A DNA stretch of 64,000 bases, taken from NCBI GenBank assembly GCA_946965045.2, contig OX337229.1, positions 4,836,001 through 4,900,000 on the forward strand, read 5' to 3'. The position numbers and the translations under genes were made by a program. Below the pieces are notes generated by a model. The model did no database searches. It saw only the letters and a program-made list of their open reading frames with translations, and had not been told where the DNA came from. Positions 32,701 through 44,100 of the stretch are shown piece by piece. This DNA is from Epithemia pelagica. Its lineage: Eukaryota; Protista; Bacillariophyta. Numbering within the stretch: position 1 is the first letter of the stretch; each line of letters opens with the position of its first letter.

Positions 32701-33273
32701 TAGGGGGAATGTGGATTTGGTGTCGGCGCAGGTGAGAAGGGGATGGCGTCTGGTCGGGTTTGTTTGGTACTGGTGGTTGGTGATGGGCTGAGGGGGACGT
32801 GGAAGTAGTGGGCATCTGGTAGATGTATGTTGGGTTTGGCTGGGCCGGCTGTTGGGTGTCGGTAGGTTGGGACGACGTGGTTGAGGGATGGTGTCAGTGG
32901 GGCAGCTGGGAGTGTGATCGCTGGTGTAAATGGAGGGGGGTGAAGGGAACTGGTTCTGGGGACAGGGTGGGGGACGGCGGTGGGAGAGGGAAGGATGGCG
33001 TCTGGGGGGTGGGGGGATGGAAGTTTGGTTAGGTGTTAGGGACCATGGCGTGTTGGGACGAGGGGGAGGAGAGGAGCGGTGGAAGGGAAGGGATAAGGGC
33101 GATGATAATATGGGTGGAGGCCGAGGGTTGGGAGGGAGGAGACTGCCAGGAGGGAGCGGGGAGTCGAAGGGGTGTGGTGCTGGAATGGTGGGGGAATGGA
33201 GTGCCGTGCGAGGGCCAAATCGTGCCGGAAGGGCCGGTTCGAACGGCGGCTTCCGGGGCCGGTGCACTCTCAT
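29698..33273 (-). CDS. LINE ORF1-like protein (Pro/Thr-rich); true start possibly the internal Met near 32078
   Basis: 1191-aa ORF whose stop overlaps the ORF2 start (ATGACTAG); its first ~400 codons are low-complexity and may be 5' UTR. Confidence 0.6.
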   Translation of the reverse strand: MRVHRPRKPPFEPALPARFGPRTALHSPTIPAPHPFDSPLPPGSLLPPNPRPPPILSSPLSLPFHRSSPPPRPNTPWSLTPNQTSIPPPPRRHPSLSHRRPPPCPQNQFPSPPSIYTSDHTPSCPTDTIPQPRRPNLPTPNSRPSQTQHTSTRCPLLPRPPQPITNHQYQTNPTRRHPLLTCADTKSTFPLPPQPPLQMPADTQPPTSDTNPTATSTLTPDPIFSPNSNQNPSSSPTPTSQNTTPTRCQNIPHQHNPPPRTPNSTPTRCIMTPTRHSATRQRHHPHPRTPNTPHTRCTPTPTGCPTRHPLDTTRHQRTTEPLNASQKQMPRATEPPSVHTNTHYPQTPQAHPTPHQSQPTSTTIHIQIGSQFLFCPKIVTPITSLLTLASLLPSTMALPLAHQNRLSHQDPNHVPISTLTPLINKTKNKKNKSKPSTPGNHFNKILQAKSKPQPKSPPTVHRTPATTTPTTTTPAANNNTPSLTIPTPKTIMPSTPPTPTPTLTTTKPTPTNPYKTSKHPLKPPTPSSPYSYICDDDTLNQLPLDMVIWNAYIHHNADPQREQRLPPLSGTTIKNIIDGTLEHHKSLEHPILLAVHEITYQNTKIPSPTRRGTNNNTPRGHVSTFQVKIKPAATEDQFDPELFHEQARKFILQKWNHHHHSDFTLDPTTGQQDILPPNTPESQPTINERATQLRLYAPACNHTECRGLGILAGLPSKTLYHKRAFLNILSTIRQQLLPFLPADLHMSVDFTTHFGLRDGTITGNQSPKGPHLTIPTLIISASSTDKFDTLIEATEAFTSANKKDLTYHNIPFHLLPFPENQAERSEYINSLKTIETNFATCTVVRLHNLNPNATPDDWDALYHLKDYRGIFPQYSAHNPSPESHNLFLHCNLGTLHVTPTNIQQKLQAFPTNLLTTTAATITSKPPSPSPHRPSPAQRTKRLAALANRFNPVTIHDLTTPPSTPPHDPEPYTNHDDQQTDHSPSHQTRKRPASPKDNPTPAHTTSTPPNTTQASNQFAALADNDEDDNDDQANHHHTNEQTNPSSTPPDTNHHTNEHPNHRSTPPPDTNLLSNDTTNHALDVNNRPPDHLLYQIPTTTFSQDTTHEFELLDEYLRDHDPSLLPHFTKEIMSKVTSFADTDVRHIWQFATNLINDPTATFTPTPTSPTTEPMDIDQHHTPSTAQLRDRTNHD

Positions 33274-34357
33274 CGTAGCTACCAGGAAGTCGACTGGGTG
33301 GCTTGGGTTTGGTTGGGTCTCGCTGATGCGTCAATCGTTTCGTCTATCGTCGTTTCGTCTCGATGTTCTTGAGTTGCGCTTTCTCTTTTTTGGTTGTAAC
33401 AGTAATCAGGAGAGGTGTGTGTTGGGAAAAATGAAGCCTGCCATGGTGTGACGGTGTGACAGCGCTGTCAATCACGATATATAAACATATTATCCTCATA
33501 TATAGTGGATATTGAAAGGACTACACAAGAAATCAGAGTCGTTGGCCATATTTCATTCATTCATAGATGGATATGGTTACGTAGAGAAGTATGGGCATTA
33601 ATTTAGAAAATGTACAGATAATCACTATTGTAATCTGGGACCAATAAATTCATATCGGGGTGAAATAAGGAAATCTTTATCGGAAGAATGAAGATTCGTA
33701 CAATGAAGAATCGGTTTATATGAGAATTCCCAGCTTGGTTTTATGTTGGAAATAAGTATTAAATGAAAATATAGACAAAAATATGGTCTTAATGAAGGCA
33801 TGTCGGGCTTACACGTGTAATAGTCAATTTGTAGTATGCATTTTGACTCATGAAAACTCATTTGTAATTTGTAGAAGACAAATGGGGCGTAAAATGGCCA
33901 ATTTTGACAAGATGTGCGATGTGTCTGACACAAATCCGACATATTGACCTACGCCATTCGACAAATCGACTAATGGGACATAATCGCAGAAGGGTCGCAA
34001 ATATGCCTTTGGGGGACAAAAATGAGAGACGGGGGACGATTTCTGAACGATGGTGTCAAATTTTGCATGGAGAGTTTTCAATGGAAAAGTCATGAATTGG
34101 TGCGGTCCTACCATTGCCATTGTCGATATGACTATTAGTACGATGTATCTGCAGAAGGCCGTCATCAACGGCATCATGGAGGAGGCGTATGAGGACGATA
34201 CCTGAGACGGACACATAAATTTTTTTTTCGAAAACAAAACGATAGGAAATGATAACTCGTTAGGAAATTCAACGCTAGAAAAGAACGATGGGGTGTGAAA
34301 TCGGACAAATTACAAATGAAAATGCGACTCGTCCATTTGTGGAATGCGCAATTTGTT

Positions 34358-34936
34358 CAAGGTTCCTCGGTCGACGTAAAGTGACGTCTTAGACGTTGGA
34401 CGTGACGTGACCAGGGTCAGCATGTCACGTCTCCCAAAATCTATTGACGTAGACGCGACGTTGAAGAAAAGAAATCTACCTTTAGTATACTGCCACCCAT
34501 GCCACTCCTTACGTTCATTTTAAGTGTGTTTTAGCAATCCTGATGTAACAATTGACAAGGTAACAGGTAACAAGCATGCAGATGCATTTGTCCCCACACC
34601 CCGTGATCTCTTACACAACACTGAGATGTCTGGCGGGACTCACTAGCCAATCAACAACATACACACGTAACACTAGAAGACATTCGTCTGCCTATTTGGT
34701 GTCATCAAGCATAGTAAGGCAAAGGAAGAGGCAATAAGGATGAAGGATGGAGGGGTCTTCAGCACCAGCAATACGGAGTAGCAACAATAGCTTCAACTAT
34801 GTGTATTAATGCAAGTATCTATCGTAGTCATATCCGCTGTCAACGTCTCTCAGCGTCTCTCAACGTCTACGTCTACGTCCACCGTCAATCCGTCACGTCC
34901 ACGAAAATCCATTGACGTGACGTACGAGGAACCTTG
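34358..34936. mobile_element. 579-bp MITE inserted at the inner edge of the Ginger right TIR
   Basis: 12-bp TIR CAAGGTTCCTCG; 7-bp direct repeat ATTTGTT at 34351-34357 and 34937-34943; many GACGT motifs in inverted orientation at both ends. Confidence 0.8.
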
Positions 34937-35183
34937 ATTTGTTGGGTAACAGCACCATTTCAATCAAAGAGACTACCTACCTAATACATTCGTTTCCGAT
35001 TTAACGAGTGCCTTCAGATGCGTACAACACAGCTCTATGATGTACACCGCATTCTTGATCGAAGGGAAATGAGCAAATAACAAGAGAAGCACACTTGCTT
35101 GTCCAAAGAAGTTGATCGAATCTGACGAGTATCGCACAGAGAGTCGTGAAAGGGACTACCTACACCGTGTTGTATCGTTGATC

Positions 35184-38100
35184 ATGTCGATTTTTGATGA
35201 AATCATGTCCATCGCCACGGAGATGAGGGAGGAATCGACTTTGAGCAAACGCCGAGAAGCTGGGCGTCGGCTGGAACAGCGACTGTCTTCAGCTCGAGTA
35301 CGACAACAGCTGGTGACCGAGGGAGGACGCAATGGCCATCACGCATTGGCGGAAGTATGGAGATACATCGTGAGCAATTCCATCGCATTTGTGGAAAAGA
35401 TTGCCGAGTCGAAATCAAAGTTGACAAAAGCCGACATTCTCATTGCATTCTCGATTGTGAAGTGCTGTGATCTTCCCGAAGATTCCTTGTCGTCGCATGA
35501 AGCAATGATTCACGGGAATTTCCGACTTTCTCGAAAAGAGGTAAAGGCAGTTATCAATTTTTGCCTACGGCTTCTGAATGACGACGAAGCGATCGGCGTC
35601 GCAGAGCTCGACCTGCTGGATATGCTCGCCTTTCTTGCAGGAAACCGGGGATATATGGCTTATCTCAGATCACAGAACGAAATTCAGGTCATCTTGGTAG
35701 AGGTCGAAAAAAGAATAGCAGACGGCAGTCTTTCGCAGAACGTTCAACAGAAAGCTGCCATTATATTTCACGATCTCTGTACTTGTATCGGTAATCTGGG
35801 TCTGGAGATGACATCTTTGGTTGCCGGATGCGTGAAAATGGTGTCTTTGTGGTGTCGAAGCCCCAACTTATTGAATGACAGCAGCTCGTTTGCCTTGACT
35901 TCACCTCTTCTCGCGGGTCTTACAATTGTTTTGCAAAACAATGTGGAACAAGCTGTCGCCGCATTGTCTCGGTACGGTCGAGCAATCTTCAAGCACGCAA
36001 AATATCGCTACCAAAGCGTGCCAGATCGGGGACAAAGACAAGTGCTGAATCAGTACTTCATATGTCACCTGTAAGTATCTTCGGGCCACATGTCAATTTC
36101 TCGAAGTCCGTTTCTGAACATGCCGCAGAATTGTTGCGCAGACAGCTGGCGAATTTAGTGGTCTCCTTCCTGGAGATCTCGGGGACCTTGGAGAGGCCAC
36201 TCTGACCCAAAGGCAGATTGGTGACCTGCTGCAGCTTTCCATGGATCGAAGCGGAGAAGTTTCTGTTTCATCACGGCCCAAGGATCAAGGAACCGAAAGA
36301 TTGGACGAAATACAGAAGACCCAATTGGAATTGACTGCTCGATTGATATCATGTGGGCAACGACTGGCTCTTTGTCGACTTGAGCAAGAGAACATGGGAA
36401 ACCTAAAACAACTCATGTTTAGTATGATCGACAATTTACCAAAGTTTGATGACCTTCCACGCTCGGATGACGTGAGAGAAACCTTTGCACCCAGCCCTTC
36501 TTCCGTTGTTGCGCAGACTCCATTCATGAGCCGCGTCTTAAAAGACCTGTTTGTGGCCGCATCCGAAACATTGTCGGCGCCGTCGAGCCAACCTATCAGC
36601 TCGGATATCGATGATGGGCGTCTTCCGATCTTTGCTGCCTTAAAAGAATCGATGTTGAGCGAGGATCGAGTTTCAGTCGACCGCATTGCCACCAGATCGT
36701 TGTTGCAGATTGTGGCTGCTTGTGCCGAGGCGTTTCCATCTGGAGCATGCTGGGCAAGTCGTTCTTTTTCGTGTTGGTCTGAAATACCGTCGAAGCAGCG
36801 GGATCTTGAGTACAACAGACAGGTTCACAGCTGTGATCCTCAAGATCTTGCAGCAGTTGTCATGGTTGTTGCTCGTATCCTAGAGTCCCATGGTGACCAT
36901 GACGGCGATACAGGATGCCAAAAGTGGGCTCTTCGTTGTCTCATTCGATTGGCGAAAGCCACCTCTTGTCTAACCTTGGTAACACCAGACTGTGATACAG
37001 CTATCCTTGGCAGTGTCTGGCAGACAGTGTGGTCCATCGTCTTCCGATCAGATCTTCGGTATTCCGCATGTACGGCGAACACAGGAAGCGACAGTGTAGC
37101 AGAACTAGTTTTGTGGACATTATCAGCCATAATACGAAATCTCTGCACGGATCCCCATCTTCGATGGATCGACAAAGTCAGAGGAAGGCGATCGTCTTTC
37201 CTTTATCGAAAGCAAGGCGACCTGTGGAATCTCCCAGTATTTTCATTGGTCGGTGACATATCGTCCCTGGCTCCTTTCGATGTCATCGTTTCACTCCTCC
37301 ATAGCGTAGGTCTCAGTGAAGGATCTGATTCGGTTGGTCATGGTCTAAAGTTCAAGGTGCACCTTTTGAAGACTCTACCAGAATTGTCGAGGAGGTTGCG
37401 GCTCATTAACTTTTGTCTCTGTCAAATATCAACCGAAGGACAAAGTCCTTTGATCGGAGCTGCGGTAACATCGCTTGCAGCTCTTCTTCATGGTCAAGAC
37501 TCAAAATGGTCGACATCTTTGCACCACATTTGCTGTGATCTCCCTGTGTTGGAGCTACCAACTATAAAACAATTTGATAAGCATACAAGTACCAACCTGT
37601 ACGACATTCTGTGGAGCCATCCCAAACCTTTAATAAATGCAGATGAAAGGATTGAGCAACGAATGGATTCAGTTTCAATAGTCAAAACTCGTCTGGAAAA
37701 CGCTATTTGTTTCGAAGACAAAACTCTCCGTTCTCTGGACATATTGGCGGCCTCGCAGTCTCACAATATCTCCACTTCTTTGGAGGGAGTTTTCGGGGAC
37801 TTCGTTGGACGCAATATGGAGAGTATTGATGACGAGTCAACTGCCCTTGGAGAGATCCGCCAAGTTATCGAGTCTAGTCTCCTTAGGCTAAAATTTGGTG
37901 TTTGCGTGTTCATGGGTCGAAACAAGGAGTCAATATCGGACGACTGTTTCCATGGTTTGTCGCTTCAACTGAGTCAACTTCTACAACAAGTCGCTCGTCA
38001 AGTCCAGGTTGTAATCCGCGATGCCCCGAATGTATTGGATGACGTTTATTGTGTTGTCAACTTCATCATCCGCGTGACCTCACTTGAACAATTGGATCTA

Positions 38101-41100
38101 CCAAGTACTTTGCTGGACGATTCTCAGGATTTTACATCGGAACTTGAGAAGTGGTTGGCTTTGTATGAAAACGAAGATGTGAGGATTGGATATGATCCTG
38201 TTTCTCCGAGAAAACAAAATCAACCATGTCCTGTTTCAGCGCTTGACCTCGACGATGACGACCTGGAGAATCGTATTCAAAACGAAGAAAGCTCGAGCAG
38301 CTCTCGCAAAAGAGTCAAGTCTGTGCTACAGCAGTCAAGCTTCAAGCGACCAAGGAAAGCTCTGAATGTGAAATCGCTGACACAGGTTGCGTTGAAAGTT
38401 GTTCGTTTATTGCTTGCTATGAAGCCAAACTTGCGCACAATGCGATTCATAATTGAGAAGCTTCTTGGAGTTGATCTTGACAAACCAATCGCATATTATG
38501 ATTCCAACCTTGTGGTAGACCCATACCTGAGTGCATCTTTAACTCGGCTTTTTTCACCATTACTACGTTTTCACGACAGTACGGCGGGTTCTGGTGCTTC
38601 TCTTCTTTGCCGCCTTGTCTTGATGACACGGAGAAACTCGCCTCCCCATTCTCTACTACATATGTTCGGCTACCGAGAATGTGCTTCTTTTTGTCTGGAC
38701 GATGGATGGAAAGGACTCCCAGCGCAAACGCAGTCTGATGCGAAAGAGTTGTTGACGATTTGGACTGAGTTGGACCCAGCAGATCGCAGGAGCTTTTCCC
38801 TACGGCCCTCCGTGAGAGCTCTTTCCATATCCACCATGTGCGAAGCTTACGCAGGTGGTGGTGACGTGATCCGTGACCAGTGGGTACAGGAGCATCCCAG
38901 ACATGTAATATCGTCGTTCTATGATCGCAGTTTCCTCGTTCGCAAAGTTGCATCGGTTGGTTTGACGTTCTCACTTGAGGTTGCATTGAGACACGATCAA
39001 GTTGCTGACTCAGCAATACGAAACTTACCTCCAGTTTCAAGTCGCGGTGATTCCTTCAGGGAATGGTACAAGTCTGGGAATGGTGAGGGCGGCATACAGG
39101 ACAGACAGACATGGGAGGATTCTCGTAAAGGGCTTGAGTTCTTTTGTTTATATTCCAAGGCACTTTTTGGTGGATATTCCAAGGCACAGAAGCGGCAAGA
39201 GTCGTTGCTTTTCGGCCTTTGTGAAATTGCCCATGATCGCAGCGATCTCGAAGTTGCCTGCTTTATGTTTACTGATTTTCTTGCCTTTCATTGTGGCTTT
39301 GGAACAGCAGAAATGATGTTAACAGCATCGCTCGATAGTCTTATTCAGCACTGGTGGAAAAGACAAGAAAATGGAGGTTTGTTGGAAATTCCACTTCTTT
39401 TGTCTGCGCCTAGTCTCCTTCGGTTTCTTGTTCGAACAGGTTCGACTTCATGCTTTCATGACACCAGTGACAATGTCTTTAACAACCTACGAACACATGC
39501 CGCCAACGAGTTCTTCGCCAGATATGCTCGTTACACCCTTCCTGGTCTTCTGGTATCATTGCATGACACTGGTCTTTCCGACAAGAGGCTTGTCGACTTG
39601 TGTTCAATATACGACAAAGAAGGGGACGAAGAAGAAACGATTTCTAAACTTATTCGAGGCCACATATCGAGTTTGACTGCCTTTACAAGCTTTTTGGAAT
39701 GCCTCTCACCGATAGAAGAACAAATCTCCTTGAAGTTAACTGAAGTGATCCAACGTTACGGGGAAGCCCCAGGACTTGTTCAACTTAGAACACGACACAT
39801 ATCGTCAACAGCAAAGTATTTCATCGAGTATGCATCTACAGCTACCGATACTGCTAAACCACACGATTTCCTCTCTCGGATTGTTGATAAATTCTCTGAG
39901 CTCTCGGGTGTTGTCAGTGAGAGTGGTGTTACGGATCCTTTTCGACAAGTTGGTCTCACCCTATCTGAAGTCTGTATTGCATCACGATCCTGGACTAGTA
40001 CTTTAGCCGTGGAATGGTTGGGACTACGGAGGATCCAAAACATGAAGATTTTGTGGAGCATCATATCTCGAGGCTCAGCAAGAAGGAGAACAGATTTGCA
40101 GATTGAATTTTTGTTTCTCTTGTTCTCTGATATCTGCTGTAATTGTACATCAACTCCGTTACTTGTTGAAGCTCTGAACCATTTGCGACATATTTTGGTA
40201 CACCTTACTGCGGAGACGACGTCGGTTAGATTATCTCGCGATGTTGGTGTGAAGAACGAACTCAGAGTTCTTTTCTGCTCCATCCTTCGACTTCGTCAGC
40301 GTCTAGAGTCAGACGCAAAGAGAATCCCAAGCACATCGTCGACATTGCATGATATATTAGAAAGACGAGCGCGAGGTTTGGCGGTTGATATATCGTTCAG
40401 TGCGATTATGATCGATACAGAACATAGTTCTGAACAATTTGGGAATGGAAAACCAAAGGATGAAGAAGATTATGTGGAACTCATGAAATGCTCAGGCACA
40501 GTCCTCAAACTCATTGTAGAAAATTGCAGTCTTCTTGGTTTACAGAAATGTGATGTAAGAATGTCTGTACCCACGCTGCTTGGAGACGATCGAGACTATA
40601 AGATCTATTGCAACGAACTTGGGTTGGGGACGAGCATTACAGAAGACATGCACAGGGCGGACATATATCATCGTCTTACTTCGAAACGTCCATTTGTACT
40701 GGTGACCGAAAGTACGAAGGGAGGGCTTTCTCCACACCAACATCTTTTGTTGTCGGAGTTACAAAATTTGTTCTTGTATCTTTCATCAACAAAGACACAA
40801 GAGTGCGTTGGATATGAAGGAGTCCACTTACTTCGGAATCTAGCAATGATATGTTTGGGCGCTCCCGATGAAATTTGCGCTGCGGCAAGCCGCTGCATCG
40901 GAGCATTGCACGCATTTCAGGATTGTGACGAAGTTTTATCCCCTGGTAGCTCATACCTTGGTGATGATCCTGTCGTTGAGGGTCAGCTTGCAGGAGTGTT
41001 AGAAGGGAGATGTCTCGAACTATTGATCGGCATAGCAAAGTCACCCTGTGTTTCAACAGCGGTGATCGCCATGGATTCTTCGAAAGCACTTCTGTCAGGT

Positions 41101-44100
41101 TCGAATGGCATGGATTATAGAGAAGCGTCGGGGTCTCTTCTTCTTCACTTTGTACCTGCAACAAAAGTACGACATTCGTCCCTTGTCCTGAACGCTTTCG
41201 AAATGATGAAAATCAAGGATTGCTTTGTCACCAATGAGACTTGGATAGAGTGGTGTTGGGATGAAGCATTCTGGGTGTCTTGTCTGGACTGGCCTTTTGA
41301 AAAATGGATCTGCTATTTGGTACCGGCAATTATTAGTTGTCACTTTGGTGTTGACAACAAGAACAGCGCGAGTGGGCAATCGGGTGGATTTATATTGCAT
41401 TGTCAGCGCATCTCACTCATGGAACCCGCATTCGCCGTTACCTTGTTTCCGCTTCTTATGCTGCAGCTTGTCAGTGATCAACAATCAAACGGGCAAAAGC
41501 CTCAAAGTCAAGTTCACAATGATGCGTGGATTGGCCATCCGAGCTCTCCTGTCATAGGGATGATATCGAAATGTTTCGGGGCGGTTCTAAGATCATGCGC
41601 TACACGGGAGAAGATAAATGAATCACGAGCAGTTGGTCTGATCGTGGACACTCTTGATATGATTCGGCGTCTTCAACAACATCGATTTCTAGTGTCGACG
41701 GCACACATTCGAAACCCAGCCACATTGAAGGCTTTCAGGGACTCAGTTGGAACATCCAAATCTCCATCTCAAGAGGCTTCGTCCACCAAAACGGAAGACT
41801 ATCCTTTAACAAGGGACCCTGTCGAATGGAGAGGGATCCCTTTCGGCGTCGGGCTCTTTATCAATGGACGTCATCTCGCTGAAGCCTGCTACAAGGTGAA
41901 GAAATATTGTTCCGCTCTCTTTTACGCAGAGAACTACGCTGAATTTCTGTTTGGTGGTTCCACACTGAGCTTCAAAAACGCAATCGAAGAATTAAAAGCA
42001 GGGAGCAGAGAGTTATTGTCGTCCGATATAAGCGGTTATCATCTATCTGAGTCAAGATTCCCGATAACGAAGCAATCGTTAGTCATTGAAGCCAAGAGCC
42101 TTTCCGAATTAATGGCTGGATGCTGCAAAGCCTTGGGTGCAAATGATCAATTGGATGCTCTTGTTGCACAAGTCTCAGATGTGATGTTATTGGAAGAGCA
42201 ATCAACGCTTTCGCTACAACAAGACTTCAAAAACAGTTGGTGTCCATCGCGAGTATTGAGACAGGTCGATCCAGACATGAGCTCTGGGCATCTTTCAGAG
42301 GGAACCGAGTTAGCTTTCGATAGCCTCTCGAAGTTAAACTTGTTCGGGACACTACAGACGAGTTTAAAGGGATTTGCATGTTCCACAAGTGACCCTGTTG
42401 CCGGGGACAGACTAAAGGAAAAGTGGTTCGAAGCCTGCCTTTTTGGAAACAGTTTGGAAACTCAAAATGGTGCATCTTTTTCTTATGATCAGTTCTCCTC
42501 GGACAGAAGTGCAGGGTTTTGCGAAAGCATTCTCACCGCCTTAACATCATTTACTTGCGACGACTACAACATCTCCCGTATTCATATCGAGGATGCTAGA
42601 GTTTCAACATTTGACGATATCGCAGAACTCGTAGCATCAGAGGCATCAACGCAGTCTAGTTCTATCCTCGTTGACAAATTGCGTTGTCTGAACAACCTAG
42701 AGAAAGTGCTCGCGACACAAGGGAACAGTGAAGGAATACTTGGGTTCTGGGAAGAAAACGACGCAACTGGGGCGATCTTGGAAAGAACGATTGAGTTTCC
42801 CAGGCGTCAGCCCTTACAACCGTTTACGAATCGTGTCCAAGAGCTTGTTTTACAACATATCTGTTCTAGCCAAGGGGAATCGGGATCTCCAGCCTCTAAG
42901 GTTCTTTCTTCTCTGCTTTGGACAAACGCCAACTTTTCATGCAGCAAGGGGAAAGCGGCTGAAGCGCATCATACGTTCCGGAGGCTTTCCGCGATTCATG
43001 GCAGTGCATTTGGTACTCCTGAGTTCTTCCAAGTTCGTCACCTAGAGGCAAGGATTCTTCAATTGCAAGGCGAATTCTCATCGGCAATACGTCATGCCTC
43101 GCAAAGCATAGACCGTCTATCGCGAGTACAGCTGAATCGAAACCATGATGAAACTAAAGCAGATCTCATGCTCTGTTGCGGAAGATGGATGGCAACCCAT
43201 CGTGTGGATTCAGCGGAAAAGATCCTTGAGAATTATTTGAAACCAGGTTTGGAACTTGCAAGAAGAATTCATGGCTCTGGTTCAACGACAAAATCTGCTG
43301 AGAGAGTAACCGAAGCATGCATCGCGCTAGGTGACCTTGTTTTCAACATTTACCAAACCGTCGCTGCAAGAGTAAAATCCCCAGAATGGGAAAAGGCCGG
43401 TATGAGTTTAGAGACAAGAGAAGCTGAGTACAGGGAGTACGACAAGATTGTAAAAGGTCAGCCAAAGGGAAAGACATCCAAACAAGATTGGGACCAGTGG
43501 CTCAAAGACCTACTTATTTTTATGATGAACCTTCAGCGAGACGTACGGCAGATTCGGAGTGAGCGAAAGAAGATAGAAAAGTCCATTGACGAATACAAGG
43601 ATCTCGCCTTTCGAACATTCATCGAGGCATTGTCTGCAGCTGATGGCAGCTACAACCTCATGTCAAAATATGTCTATCGGATGGTTGAAATTTGGCTGTC
43701 CTCGAAGAACGAAACGACTGAAGAGGATATTTTCTTGTTCGATTCGATCCCCTCCTACAGATTCGTCCAACTATCGAACCAACTTTTTTCCAGACTCACA
43801 CGGTCAAACCTTCTATTAAAGCGGTTGACTAAACGACTTTGTTCTGATCATCCATACCATTGTCTTTCTCAAATGATCCGATTATGCAATTCGCCTTCCA
43901 ACGACCGAGATAAGGAAAAAGCGAAAATTGCAAAAGAGACGCTTCATTCGATTAAGGATGAAAGTCCCGAATTTCTGGCCCATCTGACCGAAAACTATGA
44001 ACACCTTTTGGAATCCTATGTGTATCTCGCTGAGGTAAATTCAGACACCTTCTCTCGTGGGAACACAAAGAAGATTGGATTCTCTACTGTTTACACAGGG

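Larger units (their letters stand above)
25810..33420 (-). mobile_element. Non-LTR retrotransposon with restriction-like endonuclease (CRE-clade-like), nested in the Ginger element; ends approximate
   Basis: ORF1 plus ORF2 (zinc fingers-RT-CCHC-RLE); strongly C/A-rich sense strand; no clean TSD found. Confidence 0.85.
18680..34951. mobile_element. Ginger-like (Gypsy-integrase-type DDE) DNA transposon, 16,272 bp including nested insertions
   Basis: Perfect 15-bp TIR TGTTACCCAACAAAT (18680-18694) / ATTTGTTGGGTAACA (34937-34951); 4-bp TSD GCAC (18676-18679, 34952-34955); internal integrase gene; no LTRs, gag or retroviral RT. Confidence 0.9.

Noticed and set aside
26000-33400. Many overlapping + strand Gly/Val/Trp-rich ORFs
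   Set aside because: Shadow ORFs caused by the G/T skew; no domain motifs.
25810-33420. TSD for the LINE
   Set aside because: Only imperfect GAGAG-TGT-like similarity at the two ends, so the boundaries are left approximate.
33457-33470. Perfect palindrome TGACAGCGCTGTCA
   Set aside because: Single occurrence; no function can be assigned from the sequence.
18680-34951. LTR retrotransposon or Polinton (integrase plus RT or protease in one interval)
   Set aside because: No LTRs, gag, aspartic protease, RNase H, pPolB or capsid. The RT is non-LTR type with its own RLE, and the ends are short TIRs with a 4-bp TSD.
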